Below the pieces are notes generated by a model. That model did not search any database and had not been told where the DNA came from. It worked only from the letters and a program-made list of their open reading frames with translations. 64,000 nucleotides of DNA, taken from Tissierella sp. Its GTDB lineage: Bacteria > Bacillota > Clostridia > Tissierellales > Tissierellaceae. The position numbers were made by a program, and so were the translations under genes. The stretch lies in assembly GCA_029266915.1 (NCBI GenBank), contig JARIEF010000035.1, positions 20,018-84,017 of the forward strand, written 5' to 3'. Within the stretch, counting starts at the first letter, position 1; each line of letters starts with the position of its first letter. Below, in pieces: positions 1-9,761 of this stretch.

Positions 1-809
1 CAGCAGAGTATGTAGGTGAAGCTGGAAGAGATGTAGAACCAGATGAAATAAAAACATATGAACTAGGAAGTCATGCTGAAGAAACTAAAAAATATCCAGA
101 TCTACCAAAAGTAGCTTATGTAGAGATGCTTATTTCTCAGGGACTACTTCATGATGGATATATATATGGAGTAAATAGTCAACTTATACTTCCAACACTT
201 CTTCATCCAAATGAAGAGTTAGATGGAGCCGTTATAAGTGGTAACTGTGTTGCAGCTTGCGATAAGATTACAACTTATCAGCATCAAAATAACTCAGCTA
301 TATTAGACTTATATGAGGAACACGGAAAAACAATAAACTTCCTAGGAGTTATATTGACTCCAGAACTTACTACATTAGAAGGTAAATTTAGAACATGTGA
401 CTACACAGCTAAATTATGTAAGAACCTTGGAGTAGATGGAGTTATAATTTCTGAAGAGGGATATGGTAACCCAGACTCTGACCTTCTTATGATATGCAAG
501 AGATTAGAAGACTCAGGAGTAAAAACAGTACTGATAACAGACGAATGTTCAGGAAGAGACGGTATGAGCCAGCCATTAGCAGATACTGCTAAAGAAGCTG
601 TAGCAGTTGTATCTACTGGAAACGTAAGTCATGTTGTTAAACTACCACCAGCTGATAAAGTTATAGGAAACGATAAAGCTATTGCAACACTAGCTGGAGG
701 ATGGGAAGGAGCACTAGAAGAAGATGGATCACTTCAATGTGAGCTAAACGCAGTTATAGGTGCAACTTCAGAAATAGGTTATCACAACTTAACAGTTGAA
801 TTATACTAA
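1..809 (+). CDS. Glycine/sarcosine/betaine reductase component B proprotein (GrdE/GrdG-like), 5'-truncated by window edge
   Basis: Frame is open from position 3 (AEYVGEAG...YPDLPKVAYVEMLISQGLLHD); GrdE-type motifs SGNCVAACDK and EEGYGNPDSD; directly upstream of a GrdB-like gene. Confidence 0.9.
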   Translation, partial: AEYVGEAGRDVEPDEIKTYELGSHAEETKKYPDLPKVAYVEMLISQGLLHDGYIYGVNSQLILPTLLHPNEELDGAVISGNCVAACDKITTYQHQNNSAILDLYEEHGKTINFLGVILTPELTTLEGKFRTCDYTAKLCKNLGVDGVIISEEGYGNPDSDLLMICKRLEDSGVKTVLITDECSGRDGMSQPLADTAKEAVAVVSTGNVSHVVKLPPADKVIGNDKAIATLAGGWEGALEEDGSLQCELNAVIGATSEIGYHNLTVELY

Positions 810-828
810 AATAGAGAGGAGGATGGAT

Positions 829-2130
829 ATGAAATTCAAAGTATTATATTATGTAAACCAGTTCTTTGGACAAGTAGGTGGAGAAGATAAGGCCGATATG
901 GAGCCTATATATAAAAAAGAAGCTATAGGACCAGCAGTAGGGTTTAATGGTCTTTTAGGTGATGAAGGTGAAGTAGTAGGAACCTTGATTTGTGGAGATA
1001 ACTACTTTAACGAACACAATGAAGAAGCTTTGGAATATATAATGAAAGTATTAAAAGAAGAAGATCCAGATATAGTTGTAGCGGGTCCAGCTTTTAACGC
1101 AGGAAGATATGGGATGGCTTGTGCCGGGGTTGTAAATGCAGCAGCAAAAGAGTTAGGTAAAAAAGCTGTTACAGGAATGTATATAGAAAACCCAGCAGTT
1201 GACCATGCTAAAGAAAATGCTATAATTATTGAAACAACAGATTCAGCAGCAGGAATGAGAACAGCTCTTCCTGATATGGCGAAAGTAGTTAAGAAGATTA
1301 TGAAAGGTGAAGATTTATCATCACCTAAAGAAGATAACTATATAGCTCAAGGAAAGAGACTGACAGTGTTTTCAGAACATAGAGGCTCTAAAAGAGCGGT
1401 TAATATGCTACTTGCACGTTTAAATGATGAAGAATTTACAACTGAGCTTCCGATGCCAGTATTTGATAAGGTAGAACCAGCAGCAGCTATTAAAGACTTA
1501 TCAAAAGCTACTATAGCTCTTGTTACAACAGGAGGAATGGTACCAAAAGGAAACCCAGATAGAATTCAATCAGCAAGTGCACAAAAGTGGGGTAAATATG
1601 ATATAAGCAGCGTGGATTCACTTAAAGAAGATGGATTTATAACTATTCATGGTGGATTTGACCCTGTTTATGCAAATGATACTCCTGATAGAATTGCACC
1701 GCTTGATCTTATGAAAGAAGCTGAAAAATCAGGTAAAATAGGAAAAGTGTATAAAGATTTCTACACTACAACAGGTACAGGAACTGCAGTAGGTAAATCT
1801 GTAGAATTTGGTACTGAAATAGGACAAGAACTAAAAGATGCAGGAGTTGATGGGGTAATCCTTACTTCTACGTGAGGTACTTGCACACGTTGCGGCGCAA
1901 CGATGGTAAAAGAAATTGAAAGATATGGTATTCCTATAGTTCATATGTCAACTATAACTACTATTTCAGAATCCGTAGGAGCAAACCGAATAGTTCCAAC
2001 TATTGCTATTCCTTATCCAGTTGGAAATCCAAATCTTAAGAAGCAAGAAGAGTATGATTTAAGAAAAGATATGGTAACTAGAGCATTGGATAGTTTAGCA
2101 GTGAAAGTTACAGAAACAACTCAATTCTAA
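829..2130 (+). CDS. Selenocysteine-containing reductase component B subunit (GrdB/GrdF/GrdH family), 433 aa
   Basis: ORFs 796-1875 and 1903-2130 are one frame joined through TGA 1873-1875, giving LTST-U-GTCTRCGATMVKEIE (UxxCxxC); SD GAGGAGG precedes ATG 829. Confidence 0.95.
1888..1902 (+). promoter_or_regulatory. Bacterial SECIS hairpin of the GrdB-family gene
   Basis: CGTTGC-GGC-GCAACG; G-initiated loop 18 nt after the in-frame UGA. Confidence 0.85.
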
Positions 2131-2141
2131 GAAAATTTGAG

Positions 2142-2178
2142 ATTAGGAGAAAGTATAACTTCTATACTTTCTCTTAAT
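2142..2178 (+). terminator. Intergenic hairpin (weak terminator or mRNA stabiliser)
   Basis: GAGAAAGTATA/TATACTTTCTC inverted repeat, poor U-tract. Confidence 0.5.
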
Positions 2179-2253
2179 AATATAATTTTTCATAAATTAA
2201 GAACAGAAAAATTTACACAATTGTTTTTAAAAAACAACTAGGAGAGTGTAATT

Positions 2254-3618
2254 ATGGAAAATAATGGTCAACCAAGAGAGAAGTGGGGAAGTAGATTTGG
2301 TTTTATAATGACAGCAGCAGGATTTTCTATAGGATTGGGTAATATATGGAGATTCCCATATTTAGTTGGTACTAACGGTGGTGGAGCTTTTGTATTAATT
2401 TATTTAGCAATAATAGCATTGATAGGTATTCCTCTTTTTACAATGGAACTTAGTCTTGGACGTAAAGCAAATAGCAGTCCCGTAGCAGGAATGAGAAAAG
2501 TTACTAAAAAGGGAAGTCCATGGGTATCATTTGGTTGGGCTGGGGTTTTAGCAGCATTTATCATATTAACTTATTATATTCAAATAATGGGTTGGATATT
2601 AGGTTACATTTATCAAATGGCAACTGGAAAACTTTCAAACCTACAAGCAGGAGGATATACTGAAGCTTATGATAGTTTCATAGGTAATCCTCTACTAATT
2701 ACAGGGCTAACCTTAGTTTGTGTAATAATAATAGGTATAATATCTGCACAAGGTCTTGAAAAAGGAATAGAAAAAGCTTGTAAGATAATGATGCCCGTAT
2801 TGTTTATTATGTTAATTGGATTAGCTATAAGATCTCTTATGTTACCAGGAGCTATGGAAGGTGTTAAATGGTATTTAACTCCAGACTTTTCAGCTGTAAC
2901 ATGGAAAACATTTGCAGCAGCCCTTGGACAAGTTTTCTTTTCAATAGGTATTGCTAGTGGAGGAGGATTTATATATGGATCTTATCTTAATAAAGAAAGC
3001 AATATACCTGGAGATGGTCTTTTAATAATTGGTTTTGATACCCTAGCTGCATTAATAGCGGGCATGATAATGTTCCCAGCAATATTTGCATTAGGATTAG
3101 AACCGGGTTCAGGACCTAAATTATTATTTGTTACAATGTCAAATTTATTTAATCAACTTCCATTTGCAGCCCTTTTTGGTACTATATTCTTTTTACTAGT
3201 ATTCTTTGCAGCTCTTTCTTCTGCACTTGGATATTTAGAACCTGTAGTTACTACAGCGGTTGATGTTTTTAAAATGAATAGAAAAAAAGGTGTTTGGGTT
3301 TCTCTAGGATTAATATTTGTTATAGGTTTACTAACTATAATGGGTAATGACACTGGCCCTTGGTCAGGGATAAGTATATACGGATATAATATGTTTAACT
3401 TTGCAGATTTTCTTTCAGGAAATGTTATGATGCCTATAGGTGCCTTAATATTAGTACTTTATACAGCATATGTTTGGAAGTTTGAAAATTATCAAGCTGA
3501 CGCAAATCTTGGAGCAAAAGGTTTTAAAGTTTACTCTTGGTGGAAGCCCTTAGTAATGATTCTTATACCAGCAGCTCTACTATTTATATTTATAAATGGT
3601 ATCTTACCTCCAAAGTAA
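2254..3618 (+). CDS. Sodium-dependent transporter, NSS/SNF family
   Basis: REKWGSRFGFI...GLGNIWRFPY...GGGAF signature; multiple TM segments. Confidence 0.93.
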   Translation: MENNGQPREKWGSRFGFIMTAAGFSIGLGNIWRFPYLVGTNGGGAFVLIYLAIIALIGIPLFTMELSLGRKANSSPVAGMRKVTKKGSPWVSFGWAGVLAAFIILTYYIQIMGWILGYIYQMATGKLSNLQAGGYTEAYDSFIGNPLLITGLTLVCVIIIGIISAQGLEKGIEKACKIMMPVLFIMLIGLAIRSLMLPGAMEGVKWYLTPDFSAVTWKTFAAALGQVFFSIGIASGGGFIYGSYLNKESNIPGDGLLIIGFDTLAALIAGMIMFPAIFALGLEPGSGPKLLFVTMSNLFNQLPFAALFGTIFFLLVFFAALSSALGYLEPVVTTAVDVFKMNRKKGVWVSLGLIFVIGLLTIMGNDTGPWSGISIYGYNMFNFADFLSGNVMMPIGALILVLYTAYVWKFENYQADANLGAKGFKVYSWWKPLVMILIPAALLFIFINGILPPK

Positions 3619-3752
3619 GACTGTAGATAATAAATAGTTAAATATGATTAAAATTAATAAAACAAGGTATGTAAAGAAGAGTAGGGTCTTATTATGACTT
3701 AAGGGTCGTATTAGGGCTCTTCTTTATTTTAAAGTCATCAAGGAGGGATTAA

Positions 3753-4832
3753 ATGATAGAAGAAAAGTTAGATATGAAAAAAGTTTTAAGTTATTCAGGA
3801 GCCTTTATAGCATTTTTAATAGGGTCTGGATTTGCAACGGGTCAAGAAGTGTCACAATATTTTAGCTCATATGGATATAAAGGATTACTGGGAGTGTTAT
3901 TAGTTTCTTTTTTATTTCTATATGTTGGTAGTAGTTTTATGACTGTAGGACAAAGGTATCAGTTCGAAAATGGAAATGAGGTTTATAAATATTATTTAGG
4001 AGACAAGTTAGGCACAGTTTTCGATTACTATTCTATTATTTTTATATATATGTCTTTTATTGTAATGGTAGGAGGAGCGGGCGCAGCTGTTAATCAGCAG
4101 TATGGATTACCCATTGCAGTTGGAGGAATAGGATTAGGTATAATAGCTGCAATAACTGTAATAATGGGCCTTAGCGGAATAGTAGATGTAATAAGTAAAG
4201 TTGGTCCAGTTATAATCCTTCTAACACTTACTCTTGGAATATTGGCTATTTTGAAAAATCCAGAAGGATTGAGAAATATAAATACTATTCTTCCTCAGGT
4301 TAACCCTTTGAAAGCTTCAAGAAACTGGTTTTTAGCGGCATTGTCATATGTAGGTTTTTCTATGATATGGTTGGCTGGGTTTTTGGCTTCATTGGGAAGT
4401 ACGAGTAAAAGCAGAAAAGAATCAGTTCTTGGAATCACTATCGGAACTATTGGTTTTGGAGTTTCTCTGGCTATTATAACTCTTGCTATATTAGCTAATA
4501 TAAAAGAAATAGCAGGATCCGATGTTCCGAATTTGGCCTTAGCTGAAATGATACATCCAATTTTAGCTCTTATATTTTCACTAATAGTAGTAGCGGGAAT
4601 ATTTACAACTGCAGTACCTTTACTTTGGCAGGTAGTTAATAGATTTTCAAAAGAGAAGACAAATAAATTTAAATTATTAACAATTTTTCTTGCTTTAATA
4701 GGAACTGTTATAGGGATTTTAATACCATTTGCAAAACTTGTTAATGTGATTTATGTAATAAATGGATATATAGGCATAACTTTAATAATATTTATGATTA
4801 TTAAGAGTATAAAAGAAAAAAGAATATTTTAA
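3753..4832 (+). CDS. YkvI-like membrane protein (putative transporter)
   Basis: IGSGFATGQE motif, hydrophobic multi-TM protein. Confidence 0.75.
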   Translation: MIEEKLDMKKVLSYSGAFIAFLIGSGFATGQEVSQYFSSYGYKGLLGVLLVSFLFLYVGSSFMTVGQRYQFENGNEVYKYYLGDKLGTVFDYYSIIFIYMSFIVMVGGAGAAVNQQYGLPIAVGGIGLGIIAAITVIMGLSGIVDVISKVGPVIILLTLTLGILAILKNPEGLRNINTILPQVNPLKASRNWFLAALSYVGFSMIWLAGFLASLGSTSKSRKESVLGITIGTIGFGVSLAIITLAILANIKEIAGSDVPNLALAEMIHPILALIFSLIVVAGIFTTAVPLLWQVVNRFSKEKTNKFKLLTIFLALIGTVIGILIPFAKLVNVIYVINGYIGITLIIFMIIKSIKEKRIF

Positions 4833-4938
4833 TAATAAAGATTAAAAGAAATAATTTAAGCCCCTAGGTTTAAATTATTTCTTTTTTTATAGAATTTATT
4901 TTTAAATATTTGGGTATATTATAGATAGAGGTGAAAAC

Positions 4939-5211
4939 ATGGAAAGAAAAGTTATTAATATATTTGGAAGAGTTCAAAAGGTAGGGTTTAGATTTAGTAT
5001 CCTCCAAAAAGCTCGACAAATGAATATAACTGGATGTGTAAGAAACTTAAGAGATGGAAGTGTTGAAGTAGAAGCTCAAGGAGCAGAATCCGAAATAGAA
5101 AAATTTGTAGAATGGTGTAAAAAAGGCCCCCCTTACTCAGAAGTAAAAAAAATAATAATTGAAGACATAGAAGTTATAGAAGATAGTAATAAATTTGAAA
5201 TAATGCAATAA
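4939..5211 (+). CDS. acyP: Acylphosphatase
   Basis: GRVQKVGFR and GCVRNLRDGSVEV motifs, 90 aa. Confidence 0.93.
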   Translation: MERKVINIFGRVQKVGFRFSILQKARQMNITGCVRNLRDGSVEVEAQGAESEIEKFVEWCKKGPPYSEVKKIIIEDIEVIEDSNKFEIMQ

Positions 5212-5327
5212 GAAAAGATTAATCGGTAGATATTTTTATATCTATTGATTAATCTTTTTAAATAAGTTAGAATATGAAGTATAGGGAAAAGGATTTCCCG
5301 AATCTATATAAAATAGGAGGAGTTTTA

Positions 5328-6389
5328 ATGAATATATTTGATTATTTAGAGGAATTTGATTATGAGCAAGTTGTATTTTGCCAAGATAAGAAAACTGGCT
5401 TAAAGGCAATTATAGGTATACATGATACAACTCTTGGACCGGCACTTGGAGGAACTAGAATATGGGATTACAAATCAGAAGAAGAGGCACTTATTGATGT
5501 TTTAAGATTATCACGTGGTATGACTTATAAAAACTCAGCTGCTGGATTAAATCTTGGAGGAGGAAAAGCTGTTATTATAGGCGATCCTGATAAAATAAAA
5601 AGTGAAGAACTTTTTAGAACCTTTGGTAGATTTGTAGAAGGTTTGGGCGGAAGATACATAACTGCAGAAGATATGAATGCAGGAACAAAAGATATGGCTT
5701 ATATAAACGAAGAAACAGATCATGTTGCAGGTCTAGAAGGAAAAAGCGGAAACCCATCACCTGTTACTTCATTTGGAGTTTTTAAAGGGATATTGGCAGC
5801 AGTTGACGAAGTATATGGCAGTGAAGACTTAAAAGGCAAGAAGGTAGCAGTACAAGGTCTTGGAGCTGTAGGGTATGGGGTATGTGAATATCTTCATGAT
5901 GCTGGAGCAGAATTATTTGTAACTGATATTAGAAAAGAAAGTATAGATAGGGTTGTAAATGATTTTGGAGCTACAAGTGTAGAGCCAGATGCTATATACG
6001 ATGTAGATTGTGATATATTTGCTCCTTGCGCAATGGGAGCTATTATAAATGATTTTACTATAGACAAATTAAAATGTAAAATAGTAGCAGGTTCTGCTAA
6101 TAATCAGTTAGCTGAAACAAAGCATGGAGATATGCTTAAAGAAAAGAATATTCTTTATGTACCTGACTATGTAATAAATAGTGGTGGAGTAATAAATGTT
6201 TATGAAGAACTACAAGGATATAATAAGGAAAGAGCAATGAATAGAGCAGCGGGTATATATGATAGTGTTAAGAAGATAATAGAGATATCTAAGAAAGAAA
6301 ACATTCCAACATACAAAGCGGCTGACAAGATGGCTGAAGATAGAATTGCAGCAATTGGAAGAGTAAACAATATATATTTACAAAAATAA
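5328..6389 (+). CDS. Leucine dehydrogenase (Glu/Leu/Phe/Val dehydrogenase family)
   Basis: [20 protein letters not shown] and GSANNQL motifs; SD AGGAGG before ATG 5328. Confidence 0.92.
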   Translation: MNIFDYLEEFDYEQVVFCQDKKTGLKAIIGIHDTTLGPALGGTRIWDYKSEEEALIDVLRLSRGMTYKNSAAGLNLGGGKAVIIGDPDKIKSEELFRTFGRFVEGLGGRYITAEDMNAGTKDMAYINEETDHVAGLEGKSGNPSPVTSFGVFKGILAAVDEVYGSEDLKGKKVAVQGLGAVGYGVCEYLHDAGAELFVTDIRKESIDRVVNDFGATSVEPDAIYDVDCDIFAPCAMGAIINDFTIDKLKCKIVAGSANNQLAETKHGDMLKEKNILYVPDYVINSGGVINVYEELQGYNKERAMNRAAGIYDSVKKIIEISKKENIPTYKAADKMAEDRIAAIGRVNNIYLQK

Positions 6390-6523
6390 GAAACTTAATA
6401 TACCTTTAAAATTATAAAATAGTTTTAAAGGTATATTTTTATCTGAAAACCTTAGAAAAATCAGAGCAAATGGTATATAATGAATGGGTAAGTTGTTTAT
6501 TATATATTAGGGAGATGGACAAA

Positions 6524-7045
6524 TTGGTAAAAGCAATAACAGTAAATTTAGACACAGTAGAAATGATGCTTTTTTTCTGGCAATCAGTTAAAGAAAGAGA
6601 AAAGGTAGCAGACTCATTTATGATTGAAGTAGCAGAAAAAGAAGACATGAAATATCTTTATGGTGAAGACTTCACTAAAGATTCAGTAAGAAAGGTTCTA
6701 TCAGCTATTTCAAATAGAGAAAAAATGAATCATCCTACTAAAGCTGAAGGAAGATTTTGGAATTATAACATGTGGATGCTTGAAGACTTAAACAATATGA
6801 ATAATATGGTTAAGCCTATAAAGCTCTTAAATTTAGATCATTTGAAAGATAAACTGGATACGCAATATGAAAAATTAGAAGTTATATTTATACCAGGACA
6901 TTTAGAAGAATACTATATAGATGGAAACAAACTTATAGTCAACTTCTTTAGACTTATGGTAGATATGATGGATGAAACACAAGTAAACTTAGCTGGTAAA
7001 CCGATGAAAGAATATGTTGAAGATAAATTAAAAGAAATAAAATAA
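6524..7045 (+). CDS. Conserved hypothetical protein (TDE2712-like)
   Basis: Coding-like ORF; SD AGGGAG upstream of TTG 6524 (ATG 6515 is an alternative); family recalled from VRKVLSAISNRE. Confidence 0.6.
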   Translation: MVKAITVNLDTVEMMLFFWQSVKEREKVADSFMIEVAEKEDMKYLYGEDFTKDSVRKVLSAISNREKMNHPTKAEGRFWNYNMWMLEDLNNMNNMVKPIKLLNLDHLKDKLDTQYEKLEVIFIPGHLEEYYIDGNKLIVNFFRLMVDMMDETQVNLAGKPMKEYVEDKLKEIK

Positions 7046-7123
7046 ATAACTTAAATGAATACTCTAATGTTCTTAGAGTATTCATTTAAGTTCAAAAACA
7101 ATAAAAGTGAAGGTGGGGAAAAA

Positions 7124-8338
7124 ATGGCTCTGAGAATGGGTAAAATTACCAAGAAAAAGGTAACTGTTGATACTGATATGCCTGGTCTTAAAAAAGTTGT
7201 AAGTTTAGAAGGATTTGTTTTTTTAGGTATCTTTGTTGGTTTTTTTATGATTTTAGGAAGACAGATGGGACTGATTAATGCTATAAATACACTGCTTGAA
7301 ACTGCCTATAATTTATTGATGAAGACTGTATTTTACATAATGGCCATAGCAGTAGTAGCAGGAGCCATAGCAAGTCTTTTTACAGAGTTTGGAGTTATTT
7401 CACTTGCCAACAAAGCACTCTCTCCACTTATGAAACCCTTGTATGGACTTCCTGGAGCTAGTTCTATAGCAGTATTTACTACATATTTATCAGACAATCC
7501 TGCAGTTTTAACTTTAGCTGATGATAAAAGATTTAGAAGATATTTTAAGAAATATCAATTGCCAGCTCTAACAAATATAGGAACTGCTTTTGGTATGGGA
7601 CTTATTGTTACAGTTTTTATGATGAGTTTACCAAATCCTAATGGAGAAAAGTTTATCTTAGCTGCTATAGTAGGAAATGCAGGAGCGGTTGTGGGAAGTA
7701 TAGTATCAACAAGGCTTATGCTTAGAAAAACTAAAGAAATATATGGAAGTGAACTTGACGCAGAAGATTCGGCCGATATCTCTTATGATCTTTTAGAATA
7801 TAGAGAAGTAAGGGATGGAAGCACTGGAGAGAGATTTATGAATGCCATGCTTGAAGGTGGTTCCTCTGGAGTAAAGGTAGGTTTTGATATAATTCCAGGA
7901 GTTTTAATAATATGCAGTATAGTTATGATCCTAACTAACGGAATGCCTGAAACTGGAATTTATACCGGAGGACTTAACGAAGGAATAGGACTTTTACCAG
8001 TAATAGGAGATAAGATAAGTTTTATAATAAAGCCCTTGTTTGGTTTTACTTCTGCAAGCGCAATCTCAGTTCCCATAACAGCACTTGGCTCTGCCGGGGC
8101 AGCCATATCTCTTATACCTAATATGGTAAATAAAGGATTAGTTGGTGCAAGAGATGTTGCTGTATTTACTTCCATGTGCATGTGCTGGAGTGGATACTTA
8201 AGTACTCACGTGGCTATGATGGACAGTTTAAAGTTTAGAAATTTAACGGGCTCCGCTATACTATCTCATACAATAGGAGGAATTGTAGGCGGAATCTCTG
8301 CAAACTTTATATTTAGAATAATAGAGCTATTTTTATAA
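7124..8338 (+). CDS. Multi-pass membrane protein (CD0519/CD1768-like, putative transporter)
   Basis: Hydrophobic, with TYLSDNPA and MCWSGYLSTH motifs; SD AAGGTGG. Confidence 0.65.
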   Translation: MALRMGKITKKKVTVDTDMPGLKKVVSLEGFVFLGIFVGFFMILGRQMGLINAINTLLETAYNLLMKTVFYIMAIAVVAGAIASLFTEFGVISLANKALSPLMKPLYGLPGASSIAVFTTYLSDNPAVLTLADDKRFRRYFKKYQLPALTNIGTAFGMGLIVTVFMMSLPNPNGEKFILAAIVGNAGAVVGSIVSTRLMLRKTKEIYGSELDAEDSADISYDLLEYREVRDGSTGERFMNAMLEGGSSGVKVGFDIIPGVLIICSIVMILTNGMPETGIYTGGLNEGIGLLPVIGDKISFIIKPLFGFTSASAISVPITALGSAGAAISLIPNMVNKGLVGARDVAVFTSMCMCWSGYLSTHVAMMDSLKFRNLTGSAILSHTIGGIVGGISANFIFRIIELFL

Positions 8339-8414
8339 TCCATAAGGGATTAAAAGTCCCTTATGGATTATTTTTATATGTGAATATTAAGAAGTATAGA
8401 TTAAGAAAATAAAC

Positions 8415-9626
8415 TTATTTTTCGACCTTTAGTTTTCTTTCAACTTTTAATAGATGAGCATATATATTGTCTTTTCCTTCTATAAGGTCTGATAATATAT
8501 CAGCACCGGCCATTGAGTAGCAAGTACCGTTGCCTTCATAACCTAAGAGATAGTATTTATCGAAATCAAAAGGATCTCGACCTATAAAAGGAAGCCCATC
8601 AAGAGAGCTACCAAATAGTGCATTCCATCTATAGTCTATCTCTAAGTCTAAATCGGGAAATAAAGACTGTATTTCATTCTTTATTTGTTCTGTCTTTTGA
8701 TAAATTATAGTTTCATTTTCTTGTACCTTTTGGATTTCTTCATCAAGACCTCCAGCTATAATCCTGTTTTCTTCTGCGACTCTAAAATAGATATAGGGCA
8801 TCTTTGTTTCCCATATCATAACCTTATCTCTCCATGGCTCATCCATTGAACTAACTGCTGAAAAGGCATAAGTTCTGTCTATCCTTGCTTTATCTTTAAT
8901 ACAATTGTATATTTTTCCATACCCTGTAGCTAATATTACACTATCATAGATTATTTCCAATCCATCAATAGTATAAGCTTTGTTATCTATTATATTATCT
9001 AGATCTATACTTGTATTTTCAAAATATGATACTCCCATTTTTACATTTTCATCAACTAGGGCTCTGATAAACTTATAGGGATTAACTTCTGCATCTTTCC
9101 AGGTTCTAAGTGCACATGGTTTATCTATAGCATAATTTTTCTTTAAGGTTTCCCTATCTAAAAACTCAACTGGAAAATCATATTTTTTTAAGTAACTATA
9201 CTCTTTTATTATTTTTTCTGCATCTTTTTCATCGGATGCATAGTAGATACTATCTCTGGAGATATAATCAGTTTCAGAGCTCAAACTATGATTTAAGTTT
9301 GTTAGCTTATTCATTGATTCCAAACACATTTTATAAAACAAGACTGCATCTTTTTCTCCGATATTTTGGGCAAGTTCCCAAAGCATTATATCACTTGAAT
9401 ACTGGAGAAGACCAGTATTAGCAGAACTGCTACCCTTTGCAATACTATTTTTTTCTATAAGAGTAACTTTATGTCCTCTCTTACAAAGTTCATGTGCAGC
9501 CAAATTTCCAGACATACCTCCTCCAATTATTAGTATTTCAGCTACTATACTTTCTTTTAGTTTAGGAAATTTTTTTTCACTATTTAAAGTTTTATCCCAA
9601 TAAGTCTTGCCGCTTAAAAGTTTCAT
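8415..9626 (-). CDS. FAD-dependent oxidoreductase (DadA/glycine oxidase superfamily)
   Basis: IIGGGMSG Rossmann motif, GSSSANTGLL, DGLPFIG; SD GGAGGG before ATG 9626. Confidence 0.85.
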   Translation of the reverse strand: MKLLSGKTYWDKTLNSEKKFPKLKESIVAEILIIGGGMSGNLAAHELCKRGHKVTLIEKNSIAKGSSSANTGLLQYSSDIMLWELAQNIGEKDAVLFYKMCLESMNKLTNLNHSLSSETDYISRDSIYYASDEKDAEKIIKEYSYLKKYDFPVEFLDRETLKKNYAIDKPCALRTWKDAEVNPYKFIRALVDENVKMGVSYFENTSIDLDNIIDNKAYTIDGLEIIYDSVILATGYGKIYNCIKDKARIDRTYAFSAVSSMDEPWRDKVMIWETKMPYIYFRVAEENRIIAGGLDEEIQKVQENETIIYQKTEQIKNEIQSLFPDLDLEIDYRWNALFGSSLDGLPFIGRDPFDFDKYYLLGYEGNGTCYSMAGADILSDLIEGKDNIYAHLLKVERKLKVEK

Positions 9627-9761
9627 AATACCCTCCAATTTATATTTAAATTTATTTTATAATATAATACCCACTAAAATAAAATTTAATAAATATATAT
9701 TGGGTATAAGAATAATAGTAGTAAGAGCAGCAAAAAATTTTAGACCGAAAGGATGAAGTTT

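Noticed and set aside
1903-2130. Separate 75-aa ORF
   Set aside because: C-terminal part of the GrdB-family selenoprotein after UGA readthrough; not a pseudogene fragment
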